Positions 9,655 through 18,276 of a stretch of DNA of 64,000 nt are shown here, piece after piece. Positions within the stretch are counted from its first letter, which is position 1. Every line of letters starts with the position of its first letter. The stretch is from Gammaproteobacteria bacterium (GTDB lineage: Bacteria; Pseudomonadota; Gammaproteobacteria; UBA4575). The position numbers were made by a program, and so were the translations under genes. Location: NCBI GenBank assembly GCA_045106935.1, contig JBGCFN010000036.1, positions 2,678 to 66,677 on the forward strand. Direction: 5' to 3'. The notes below the pieces were generated by a model. That model was not told the DNA's origin. It made no database searches and saw only the letters and a program-made list of their open reading frames with translations.

Positions 9655-10524
9655 TCAGAAATATAAAGTCAGCCAATAGCCACCCCAGACAACTAACCCT
9701 ACACCAGAAATAAATCGAATATAGCCAGCTGAGACTGGTGATATTTTTTCCGCTAATACAAAAAAGGCAATTATTATCATCCACATAACGTTCATCACAC
9801 CCACCGAAAACATCACGGCCATTAACGCCCAACAACATCCAATGCAGTATGCTCCATGATGTATACCCATACGGACAGCACCCCATTTCCCCTCATGCCA
9901 ACTAGTCATTAAAAATTGCAATGGGCTTCTACATTGTTGCAAACAGGCATTCTTCCAGGGTGTCCATTGATAAATACCAGCAAAGATTAATATTGTTCCA
10001 CTAAGCAAATAACTACGACTATCCATCATCGGATTTAATAAACCCGTAACGTGTAACGGATATTGAATAATTGAAATAACCACACTAAATAATATCCATG
10101 CGATTAGATAACCAATTAAAAATATAATTGTGGGTGTATATGCTTGGCCTTTAGCTTTTTTACTCTGGGTCACTGTCATATACATTGACACCATAGGCAA
10201 CACAGATGGCGTCATCATGGCAATCATCATGACTGACCACATGACAAACAGCATCCAAAAATCATGTAATTGCCATGGTCGCGTACCCGAACGTGGTGGC
10301 ATCCACATTTCCACCGTATCCATATGCTGCATCGCCCACCCCATGTAAGCCATATAACCCCAAGCAACAAAACATAGCGTCACCATCGCCATGTAGACAA
10401 TTAAATGGTCACGGCTAAAATAATTTAATCTAATGGATTTTGCTCTCATAAATAATAACGGGCTAAAGGCTAGCTCCGATAGTAATAATAACAATAACAA
10501 CCACTTAGCTAATTTGATATTCAC
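9655..10524 (-). CDS. DUF2182-family integral membrane protein (predicted metal-binding).
   Basis: Polytopic, with FVMWSVMMIAMMTPSVLPMV, typical of DUF2182. Paired with a DUF1326 gene. Confidence 0.7.
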   Translation of the reverse strand: MNIKLAKWLLLLLLLSELAFSPLLFMRAKSIRLNYFSRDHLIVYMAMVTLCFVAWGYMAYMGWAMQHMDTVEMWMPPRSGTRPWQLHDFWMLFVMWSVMMIAMMTPSVLPMVSMYMTVTQSKKAKGQAYTPTIIFLIGYLIAWILFSVVISIIQYPLHVTGLLNPMMDSRSYLLSGTILIFAGIYQWTPWKNACLQQCRSPLQFLMTSWHEGKWGAVRMGIHHGAYCIGCCWALMAVMFSVGVMNVMWMIIIAFFVLAEKISPVSAGYIRFISGVGLVVWGGYWLTLYF

Positions 10525-10580
10525 TAACGACTAAGTATACTAATCAACTACATTATAATATTTACCCAGAGGATGCATGC

Positions 10581-11183
10581 ATGGCTAACAACTGGAGTCT
10601 CGAAGGAAATTATTTTGAATCCTGTACTTGTGATTTAGTATGCCCATGTATTTTCCTCATGCCACCAACTAAAGGCTACTGCAATGCGCTCGTAGGCTGG
10701 AAGATAGAAAAAGGCAATTTAGGCGAAGTTAAGCTAGATGGAGTCAAAGTCGCCATCTACCTAGAAGCACCAGGCATGCTTACCGATGGTGGATGGAAAA
10801 TTAATTTATATATCGATGATGCTGCCACAGACATGCAAGTGATGGCCATCAGTGAATTATGGAGTGGTAAACATGGCGGGCATCTAGCAGTTATTGCTGG
10901 ATTAGTCAGTGAAATAAAAACGGTAGAACAAGCCCCTATTCAATTCACTATCAAAGGGAAGAAGCGCCATTTAAAAATTGGCAAAGTTGGCGAAAATGAA
11001 ATGTACACCATTGAAGGTGAAGATGGCGGCGATGTCGTAGTGAGCAACCATCCTCTCGCTATAGCGCCCGGCAATCCAATCACCGTCGCCAAATCGAAGA
11101 AAACTTGGTATCGCAGCAATGGCATTGATCATACACACTCAAATACCGTCGGCTTAGCTGCTGCATTTCAATACAGCGCTTAA
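10581..11183 (+). CDS. DUF1326-family protein.
   Basis: N-terminal WSLEGNYFESCTCDLVCPC motif characteristic of DUF1326. Confidence 0.75.
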   Translation: MANNWSLEGNYFESCTCDLVCPCIFLMPPTKGYCNALVGWKIEKGNLGEVKLDGVKVAIYLEAPGMLTDGGWKINLYIDDAATDMQVMAISELWSGKHGGHLAVIAGLVSEIKTVEQAPIQFTIKGKKRHLKIGKVGENEMYTIEGEDGGDVVVSNHPLAIAPGNPITVAKSKKTWYRSNGIDHTHSNTVGLAAAFQYSA

Positions 11184-11251
11184 AATAACACTGAATACCT
11201 CTCTATTGCCCTGCCAATTCTCAGTTTTGAATTAGCGTTAACGTTGAATTA

Positions 11252-11578
11252 TTGATGAAAAACTTACTACTAGTAATCATCATGTCACTAAATGTAATCA
11301 GTACCACGCACGCTGGTTGGTTCAGCCCTGACAACTACTGGGAATGCTTACTAGACGAAATGCGAGAAGTACAAAGCGATACCATTGCAGAAGAAATAGT
11401 GTCTGCCTGCAAAGATAAATTTGCATTTCATGATCGAGTCTTTGTAGAGAAAAAACGTCCCTGGTTTGGCATCAAAACTGCCAGCGCTTGCGTGATAAAA
11501 TATGGTAAGCGCGTACAAACAGAAATTGGCGCTCGATATATCCAATCTGCTTGCTATAAATTATACCCCAATCATTAA
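11252..11578 (+). CDS. Secreted hypothetical protein (4 Cys).
   Basis: Signal peptide MMKNLLLVIIMSLNVISTTHA. No family recognised. Confidence 0.5.
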   Translation: MMKNLLLVIIMSLNVISTTHAGWFSPDNYWECLLDEMREVQSDTIAEEIVSACKDKFAFHDRVFVEKKRPWFGIKTASACVIKYGKRVQTEIGARYIQSACYKLYPNH

Positions 11579-11589
11579 TAAACCCAGTT

Positions 11590-12165
11590 ATGAATAACAA
11601 ATTAAGCCTCAATTTATCGCTTATCATATTTACTTCACTATTCTTATGTGGATGTGGTGTTTCTGATTACATTAATACTAAAAAGATTGCCAATGCACCT
11701 GTTTACAAAGCAGCACCAAAAACTAGTGAATGTGAATTTAGTGAATTAAGGATTCGTCGCGTCGTCAACTATATAAATTCACTTCGCGCTCAAGCTCGCA
11801 GCTGCGGCAATAAATCTTATTCGGCGACAGGAAATATCAAATGGAACAATAAATTATCGGTCGCCGCACTTTCTCATTCAAACGATATGGCACAAAATAA
11901 TTTCTTCGGTCACAAAGGCTCATCTGGCTTAAATGCTAATGACCGTGTGTCTAATGAGGGTTATAACTGGAAAACGGTGGCAGAAAATATTGCCGGCGGC
12001 ACAGATACGCCAGAACAAACAATTGACCAATGGGTTATCAGCCCCGGTCATTGTCACAACCTTATGAATAATGCTCATACTGACATAGGATTAGCATGTA
12101 CGAGAAATAATATAGCGGATTACCGCATTTATTGGACACTCGTCCTTGCCTCGCCACAAGAGTAA
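11590..12165 (+). CDS. CAP/SCP/PR1-domain lipoprotein (YkwD-like).
   Basis: Lipobox LFLCGC. CAP motifs NDMAQNNFFGHKG ... AENIAGG ... W..SPGHCHNLMN. Confidence 0.8.
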   Translation: MNNKLSLNLSLIIFTSLFLCGCGVSDYINTKKIANAPVYKAAPKTSECEFSELRIRRVVNYINSLRAQARSCGNKSYSATGNIKWNNKLSVAALSHSNDMAQNNFFGHKGSSGLNANDRVSNEGYNWKTVAENIAGGTDTPEQTIDQWVISPGHCHNLMNNAHTDIGLACTRNNIADYRIYWTLVLASPQE

Positions 12166-12224
12166 CAACCCACGAATGTGTTTATCTCAATAATGCACAA
12201 TAAACATTCACTATAATTTTCAAA

Positions 12225-12243
12225 TGCGCTAGTTTGGCGCGCA
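12225..12243. promoter_or_regulatory. Inverted repeat TGCGC-N9-GCGCA, a candidate enhancer-binding-protein site.
   Basis: Lies about 60-75 nt upstream of the sigma54 -24/-12 element. Confidence 0.3.
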
Positions 12244-12300
12244 GATTATTTCAAACCTCTAAAACACCCCTCTCTATCGCCTTTTTTACATAAAAAAAGT

Positions 12301-12316
12301 TGGCACAACGGTTGCA
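12301..12316 (+). promoter_or_regulatory. Sigma54 (RpoN) -24/-12 promoter.
   Basis: TGGCACaacggTTGCA has GG-N10-GC spacing, a perfect match to TGGCAC-N5-TTGCW. It lies 54 nt upstream of the small-ORF ATG at 12370. Confidence 0.6.
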
Positions 12317-12369
12317 ATTAGAAAATCATAAAATTGAATTTTTAATTTCTTAAACTAGAGGAGAACATT

Positions 12370-12471
12370 ATGTTCAAACGATTTTATGAAAATTTCTGGA
12401 CCATCATCGACCCCACTTTATATACCGTCGGAACATGCAGCACATTCGGGTTGTGGTTAGCCGTTTTTTAA
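12370..12471 (+). CDS. Small hydrophobic-tailed protein, 33 aa (paralogue 1). Not in the ORF track.
   Basis: Sequence MFKRFYENFWTIIDPTLYTVGTCSTFGLWLAVF. GGAGA SD 7 nt upstream. Followed by a strong terminator. A paralogue lies 250 nt downstream. Confidence 0.5.
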   Translation: MFKRFYENFWTIIDPTLYTVGTCSTFGLWLAVF

Positions 12472-12482
12472 ACAATGAAAAA

Positions 12483-12515
12483 ATCACTCCCAATTGACCG
12501 TTGGGGGTGATTTTT
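12483..12515 (+). terminator. Rho-independent terminator.
   Basis: 11-bp stem ATCACTCCCAA / TTGGGGGTGAT (one G-U), 7-nt loop, T-run. Confidence 0.65.
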
Positions 12516-12560
12516 CTACCGCTCACCAATAATTATTTAATTCTGTGAACTATTAGTAAG

Positions 12561-12576
12561 AAGCACCCTCAAAGCT
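12561..12576 (+). promoter_or_regulatory. Degenerate copy of the sigma54 element ahead of the second small ORF.
   Basis: AAGCACcctcaAAGCT keeps GCAC and the -12 GC at the correct spacing but has lost one G of the -24 GG. Confidence 0.25.
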
Positions 12577-12619
12577 TAAACAATGAATTACATTATCTAA
12601 ATAAAATCAGGAAATATTA

Positions 12620-12718
12620 ATGAAAGATCTTTACGATGAATATTGGGAGTTAATCGATCCAACTACATACGCGCTTTATGCCACTGTTATTTTTTATCTG
12701 TGGACAACAATTTTATAG
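12620..12718 (+). CDS. Small hydrophobic-tailed protein, 32 aa (paralogue 2). Not in the ORF track.
   Basis: Sequence MKDLYDEYWELIDPTTYALYATVIFYLWTTIL. AGGAAA SD. Shares K..[FL]Y[ED].[FY]W..IDPT.Y...F.LW with paralogue 1. Confidence 0.45.
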   Translation: MKDLYDEYWELIDPTTYALYATVIFYLWTTIL

Positions 12719-12742
12719 TTTAAAGCTTCGTATAATTTAAAG

Positions 12743-13603
12743 TTATTCTCCGAATTTTTCTGACAATCGGTATTTTTCTTCTACACCGATCAAGTCGTTA
12801 AATTCGGCAAACTGCATCAACTCATTTTCTTTACCAATGGTTGTTCCATCATCACTAAGCTTTTGGTAAAAGTCTCGCATACTGGCTGCCGCTGCATACA
12901 ACCCTGTCAACGGATATAAAATTAGCTGAAAGCCCATCTCGGCCAATTCCTCTTTAGGCAAAACAGGGGTTTTACCTCCCTCAATCATATTCGCCACCAT
13001 CGGCTTAGGCACACGCTTGCCAATTTCTTTTAATTGTTCCAGAGACCCGGGAGCTTCAACAAAACTGGCATCCGCGCCTAATTCACGCGCACCTTCAACT
13101 CTAGCAATGGCTTCATCCAAGCCTAAAACAGCTTCTGCATCAGTCCGTGCAACAATAAAAAAATCTGCATCACCACGTGCTTCTACTGCTGCTGCAATTT
13201 TTTGCAAATACTGTTCGCGTTCAATCACTTTTTTGTTACGCATGTGACCACATTTTTTAGGCCACACCTGATCTTCTAAAAAACACCCCGCCGCCCCAGC
13301 AGCAATCAAATCTTTGACTGTGCGATAAACATTTAAAGGGTTTCCATAACCAGTATCAGCATCAACAATGACAGGAATATTCACACTGCCACAGATCTGT
13401 CGAGCACGTTCAACGACTTCAGTTTGAGTCAATAAGCCAAAATCAGGTTCACCAATCGTTGATGCGGCTAAAGAATAACCAGAGACAAAGGCCATCGGAA
13501 ATCCTACTTTTTCAGCAATCTTTGCGGAGAGTGTGTCGTATATGCCTGGAAATGCGAGTGATCCCACTTCATCTAGTACTGCCTGCACACGTGTCGTCGC
13601 CAT
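12743..13603 (-). CDS. Isocitrate lyase / PEP mutase superfamily enzyme (PrpB / oxaloacetate decarboxylase / carboxyPEP mutase-like).
   Basis: VDADTGYGN and EDQVWPKKCGHMRNKKV (K[KR]CGH) motifs, 286 aa. Confidence 0.8.
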   Translation of the reverse strand: MATTRVQAVLDEVGSLAFPGIYDTLSAKIAEKVGFPMAFVSGYSLAASTIGEPDFGLLTQTEVVERARQICGSVNIPVIVDADTGYGNPLNVYRTVKDLIAAGAAGCFLEDQVWPKKCGHMRNKKVIEREQYLQKIAAAVEARGDADFFIVARTDAEAVLGLDEAIARVEGARELGADASFVEAPGSLEQLKEIGKRVPKPMVANMIEGGKTPVLPKEELAEMGFQLILYPLTGLYAAAASMRDFYQKLSDDGTTIGKENELMQFAEFNDLIGVEEKYRLSEKFGE

Positions 13604-13729
13604 AATCGCTCCAAAATCTGTTATTGTTTATGCTCAAAGTATAACCCAATCACAAATAAAACAGTTGTTGTAATACTCACCACAAAATCATGGTCTAGTC
13701 TTTAGTTAATCACCACGACATTAATTATT

Positions 13730-14275
13730 ATGAAAAAAATCACTGTTATTTTATTTACCCTATTACTGATAGGACTCCAATCTTGTTCAGATCAAGAAAA
13801 CACCTCCACATCAAACGAGAATAAATCAGGATCCGCGATCGCTGCCAGTGCACCGACGAGTAAAATACTAGAACCCCAGGGCCCCCTCAAAAGTATTCTA
13901 TTAGATGAATTACAAGAAGGTCGTTGGGAACTTGTCATGTTTTGGGCGACTTATTGCCCTATCTGTAAAAAAGATTTTGAGAAATTAGCTGAGTTTATTG
14001 AAGATAATCCATCTATTAATTTAACCGTCATTGGCGTCGTTACCGATGGTATTGAATCAAAACAAAAAGCCCTTAACCAGATCGATACACGCGATTTAAA
14101 TTACACACATGTACTCACAAATTTTGATCGCAGCAATGAATTGTACCAAGACATCAGTCAGACACGACTGATAGGTGTGCCTTCTCAACTTTTATATAAC
14201 CCTAAAAATGAGCTTGCTGGTTTTAGCCGGAACGCGATAGATATAGATTCTTTAGAAATTACTGTGTACGAATAA
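13730..14275 (+). CDS. TlpA-like thioredoxin-fold lipoprotein.
   Basis: Lipobox IGLQSC. Active site WATYCPICKKD. Confidence 0.75.
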   Translation: MKKITVILFTLLLIGLQSCSDQENTSTSNENKSGSAIAASAPTSKILEPQGPLKSILLDELQEGRWELVMFWATYCPICKKDFEKLAEFIEDNPSINLTVIGVVTDGIESKQKALNQIDTRDLNYTHVLTNFDRSNELYQDISQTRLIGVPSQLLYNPKNELAGFSRNAIDIDSLEITVYE

Positions 14276-14287
14276 ATTTACTCAATA

Positions 14288-14971
14288 ATGACAGACCTCG
14301 ATGATATCAATGCCGATCTCAGTCAACATATTGTGGTTGATACTAAGCAAATGCAATGGGAGTCCAGCCCAAGTGGTACTGTCTGGCGAAAACCCTTATA
14401 TCGAGTAGGTGGTGAGTTTGGCCCTGTCACAAGTATCGTAAAATATGAAGCCGGCGGACAGTTTCGTACCCACCCTCACCCTCAAGGTGAAGAAATTTAT
14501 GTCTTAGATGGTGAATTTTGCGATGACCATGGCCGCTATCCTGCTGGCACCTATATATTAAACCCTGACGGAACTGAACATGCACCTTTTTCAGAAATTG
14601 GTTGCACGCTTTTTGTCAGGTTACGTCAGTACGATGGTGCTAAGCGTAAACAGTTAGCGGTGAATACGCATACTATGGAATGGCGACAAGGCATGGTAGA
14701 AGGCTTAACCGTGTTACCACTTTATTCACAACCAGACTACCCAGAGAATATGGCATTGGTTCGCTGGCAAGCCGATACTTATTTCCCCGAGCACACTCAC
14801 CCAGGTGGCGAAGAAATTTTTGTTCTAGAAGGAACATTTGAAGATGACTATGGTGAGTACCCAACAGGTTCTTGGATACGTAGCCCATACTTAAGCAAAC
14901 ACAAACCCTACTCCAAAGAAGGCTGCTTAATCTATGTGCGCGTAGGTGGGCTACCTAAGCATTTTGATTAA
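14288..14971 (+). CDS. Bicupin protein (ChrR-type cupin domains).
   Basis: Two cupin motifs, HPHPQGEEIYVLDGEF and HTHPGGEEIFVLEGTF. Confidence 0.65.
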   Translation: MTDLDDINADLSQHIVVDTKQMQWESSPSGTVWRKPLYRVGGEFGPVTSIVKYEAGGQFRTHPHPQGEEIYVLDGEFCDDHGRYPAGTYILNPDGTEHAPFSEIGCTLFVRLRQYDGAKRKQLAVNTHTMEWRQGMVEGLTVLPLYSQPDYPENMALVRWQADTYFPEHTHPGGEEIFVLEGTFEDDYGEYPTGSWIRSPYLSKHKPYSKEGCLIYVRVGGLPKHFD

Positions 14972-14973
14972 CA

Positions 14974-15888
14974 TTAATCATGATATGTTGTGTCGACATT
15001 TGTCGAGCGATTTTTCTGTGCGATGGCAATACCCACAAGTATTACGACCAAAGCAATCAGTGCATTAATAGTGAGTTTTTCTCCACCAAAGATCACCCCT
15101 AACAATACGGCCCACACTGGAATTAAATAATTAATTTGAGATAGAAATGCAGGCCCTGCATGACGAATCACACTAAAGTAGATAATTGTCGCCAAGCCAC
15201 TAGGAAAGATTCCTAGTAATAGCACTGACCACAGCGCGCTAGAGGAAGTATTCGCCACCCAGTCAAATCCTTGTAAAGTGGATAGCGGTATTATGACTAT
15301 CGATGCCGCTAACAATACACCTGCAGAAATTAACGGCAGACTGATCTTAGGCAATGAATGTGCAATCACAGAATTGGCCGCATAACTAATTGCGCCTAAC
15401 AATATTAAGAGCATTGCCGTCAAATACAGCCAGTCAAATTCGCTAGATAGTGTCAACTCAGGTTGCATGAGGATCACAACACCCGCGAACCCAAGCAAAA
15501 AACCAATGACTTTATTTTTTGTGATGCGCTCTCCAGCCACAAAGAAATGCGCCAATACCACAGTAGTTAATGGCATCATGGCCATTAATATACCTGCCAG
15601 GCTACTATCGACGTATTGCTGCCCCCAGGTAATAACAAAGAATGGAATGCAGTTTCCGGTTAAAGCCAAAGCAAACAAGATAAACCAATAGGGCTTTAAT
15701 GATGAAAGTCGCTCGCCTTGTGCATAGGCAATAATTAACAGTAATATTGCGCCAATCACAATTCGACCTGCAACCACCATCACAGGCGGCACTTCTTGCA
15801 CAGCAATTTTCGTTAATAAAAATGCTGAACCAAACATAGCAACTAAAGCCAGCAACGCCAGCCAATCAAATAATCGAGACGATGTCAT
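14974..15888 (-). CDS. DMT-superfamily (EamA) transporter.
   Basis: About 10 TM helices, duplicated EamA-type halves. Confidence 0.8.
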   Translation of the reverse strand: MTSSRLFDWLALLALVAMFGSAFLLTKIAVQEVPPVMVVAGRIVIGAILLLIIAYAQGERLSSLKPYWFILFALALTGNCIPFFVITWGQQYVDSSLAGILMAMMPLTTVVLAHFFVAGERITKNKVIGFLLGFAGVVILMQPELTLSSEFDWLYLTAMLLILLGAISYAANSVIAHSLPKISLPLISAGVLLAASIVIIPLSTLQGFDWVANTSSSALWSVLLLGIFPSGLATIIYFSVIRHAGPAFLSQINYLIPVWAVLLGVIFGGEKLTINALIALVVILVGIAIAQKNRSTNVDTTYHD

Positions 15889-15955
15889 TTAAAGAAACTT
15901 TTTATTAAAGAAAAGAAAGCTCGATTAAGATAGTAGCATTCTCAGGGAAAAGAAT

Positions 15956-15982
15956 GTCACCCTCAGGACACGCAAGGGTGAC
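15956..15982 (-). terminator. Hairpin downstream of the DUF4139 gene.
   Basis: GTCACCCT / AGGGTGAC 8-bp stem. On the minus strand it is followed by a T-rich run (attctttt). Confidence 0.4.
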
Positions 15983-16003
15983 ACCCAAATTTAAAACTTG
16001 GAC

Positions 16004-17470
16004 TTAGTATCTGACTAACACTTTATATTCTAGAGTAACGCGCTTCTCCGCAGGTACTTTAACTAGCCATTGAACAGTATGCGCATTCACTTTTTCATGC
16101 TCTAAACTGCTTTCGACCATTTTCCAATCACCTGGCACCGGCTCCAGTACCTTAACAACAACATCTTCTTCTTTTGCGTTATGTATTTCAATTTCATAAC
16201 TGGAACTAGCGGCATGCTTATATTTACCAAAAGCAGATTCTTTTTTATATGACGTTTGCTTCTTTTTCGCCGTCACATCAAATGCATCACCCAATTTCAA
16301 ACGAATCTTCTCATCTTTAGGCGTATGATCAATACGATCCTCGCCGATAAACTGTGAATTTCCAGATGAGTCATCTTTATAAACTCTGACAATACCTTTG
16401 GGTAGCGCAATACCCAAATCATTTTTCTTTTCGTTCTCAAATTCAACAAATACACCGACTTTTAACTTATCAGCAATCACACCGTATTTGTTGTAATAGT
16501 AATGTTGGTTACCTCGAAGCATAAATTCTTTTTTTACTGGCACTCGGCTTGCAGATAATAACGCTACTTGCTTAGTCTGATTTTGCAAGACATCAGTTTT
16601 ATGTCCTAAGGTATATAAATGGTATTCAAACAAACTTTCTTCCGCCATCTCTGCAACACTATCAGCAGCCATTGATTTCATCATTCTGACATCTCTATGC
16701 TGTGGCGTAGTCGGTTGATACACACGATTCACATCACCAGCGACTAACTGTAATTTTGCGTCATGGTAACTCGCACCGCTTTGATTGTTTAAAGTGACCC
16801 AACCATTTAGATCCAAAAATTTATCATCTTTATCTAACTTTGCGACGTAATCAGCTTTCCAACTCAAACCACCAGATAAATAACTCAATTCTAATGTTTG
16901 TTTTTTCCCTACATTGCTATTAGCAAGAATTGACAAGGTGGGACGATCACGTAAATTATCAGGCACTTGGTCATAGACAATACGTCCAGGCGCACCTGTC
17001 TCAATACGATCACCTATTTTCAACACCACGCCATTGTTTGCGCTTAATACTGTGGCAATCTCTTCTTTTTCTGCTCCCGTCGTTGGGTGTGTCTTAATTA
17101 CACGTACTTGTTTACCGACATATTTTTGTAACAATTGTTGAGGGGTTAGCAAATCATAGTCAAAGTTCTGTTCAAGTAAGATTAATGAGTTGGGATGAGA
17201 AGCACTTGTAATAATTGCAGTCTCAGGCCGTATCTGAGCACTCACCTCTCTCACCGCTATTCTATTTAAACCTTTTGTTAATTTGATATCTCGCACATCT
17301 CTAATTAACGCTAAATCTTGGTTGTACACTGTCAACGACAGTTCTTTCTGATCTTTAATCGTGGTTTTAATCTCTTCAGCATAAACTGGGCCAAAACTAA
17401 CCGCCATGAGCAGAGTTAACATACAAAATCTGACTAAAAGAGAGTGGTGATTGATCATCAACTGCTGCAT
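16004..17470 (-). CDS. Secreted DUF4139 (DUF4140 N-terminal) / MuiA-family protein.
   Basis: I prefer the ATG at 17470 (MQQLMINHHSLLVRFCMLTLLMAVSFGPVYA signal peptide, GGAG SD upstream). The 68-aa track extension would overlap the divergent gene. LSLTVYNQDLALIRDVRDIKL is DUF4140-like. Confidence 0.7.
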   Translation of the reverse strand: MQQLMINHHSLLVRFCMLTLLMAVSFGPVYAEEIKTTIKDQKELSLTVYNQDLALIRDVRDIKLTKGLNRIAVREVSAQIRPETAIITSASHPNSLILLEQNFDYDLLTPQQLLQKYVGKQVRVIKTHPTTGAEKEEIATVLSANNGVVLKIGDRIETGAPGRIVYDQVPDNLRDRPTLSILANSNVGKKQTLELSYLSGGLSWKADYVAKLDKDDKFLDLNGWVTLNNQSGASYHDAKLQLVAGDVNRVYQPTTPQHRDVRMMKSMAADSVAEMAEESLFEYHLYTLGHKTDVLQNQTKQVALLSASRVPVKKEFMLRGNQHYYYNKYGVIADKLKVGVFVEFENEKKNDLGIALPKGIVRVYKDDSSGNSQFIGEDRIDHTPKDEKIRLKLGDAFDVTAKKKQTSYKKESAFGKYKHAASSSYEIEIHNAKEEDVVVKVLEPVPGDWKMVESSLEHEKVNAHTVQWLVKVPAEKRVTLEYKVLVRY

Positions 17471-17555
17471 TCTTATGCTCCTTCTATAATAATAGGCATA
17501 CCAATAGACCAGTACATACGAAAAAGGTTTAGTCACCCAATTAAAATCACTTGTT

Positions 17556-18269
17556 ATGGCAAAACAGCAGCTTAACCGTTCTAATTCACTATCGGTACAA
17601 GATTTTCTCAAAAAATCTGATGAAATCGTGCCGCATACAGATAATAAAAACTCTGGACGGTTACTTTTCGCCATGGATGCGACTGCCAGTCGAGAACATG
17701 CTTGGGATATGGCCTGCCAGATTCAGGCTGATATGTTCATGAGCACTCAAGAAATAGGCAATCTTGAAATCTCGCTGTGTTACTACCGTGGATATAATGA
17801 ATTCAAATCATATGAATGGACTAACCATGCGAATAAATTACGTGACCAAATGCTGCAAGTGCGATGTCTTCCAGGTCACACACAAATTAAGCGCACGCTA
17901 GAACACGCCATTGGAAGTTGTGTCAAACAAAAAATTAAAGCTGTGGTGTTGGTGAGCGATAGTTTTGAAGAATCGATTGATCAAGTCGGCATGGTGGCAG
18001 GAAAACTAGGCATGCTAGGCGTGCCGGTGTTTGTCTTTCATGAAGGTCAGGACCCTACCGCAAAGAACGCGTTTAAACACATCGCGCAACTTAGTAATGG
18101 GGCTTATTGTGCTTTCGACCACAACAGTGTGGCACAATTAAAAGAATTATTATGTGCGGTGGCCGCCTTCGCTGTGGGTGGCTTTGATGCGCTAGAAAAA
18201 CATTCGCAACGAGGGAATGCAATCGCATGTTCGCTAATTAAACAACTGCCTAAACAATCATCTACGTAA
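17556..18269 (+). CDS. Small VWA-domain protein.
   Basis: MIDAS-like LLFAMDATASRE (D-x-T-x-S) and VVLVSDSFE within a Rossmann-like alternation, 237 aa. Confidence 0.65.
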   Translation: MAKQQLNRSNSLSVQDFLKKSDEIVPHTDNKNSGRLLFAMDATASREHAWDMACQIQADMFMSTQEIGNLEISLCYYRGYNEFKSYEWTNHANKLRDQMLQVRCLPGHTQIKRTLEHAIGSCVKQKIKAVVLVSDSFEESIDQVGMVAGKLGMLGVPVFVFHEGQDPTAKNAFKHIAQLSNGAYCAFDHNSVAQLKELLCAVAAFAVGGFDALEKHSQRGNAIACSLIKQLPKQSST

Positions 18270-18276
18270 TCCATAT

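Noticed and set aside
16004-17674. The 556-aa version of the DUF4139 ORF.
   Set aside because: The 68-aa N-terminal extension is Cys/Tyr-rich with no signal peptide, and it overlaps the divergent VWA gene. The internal ATG at 17470 has an SD and yields a proper signal peptide.
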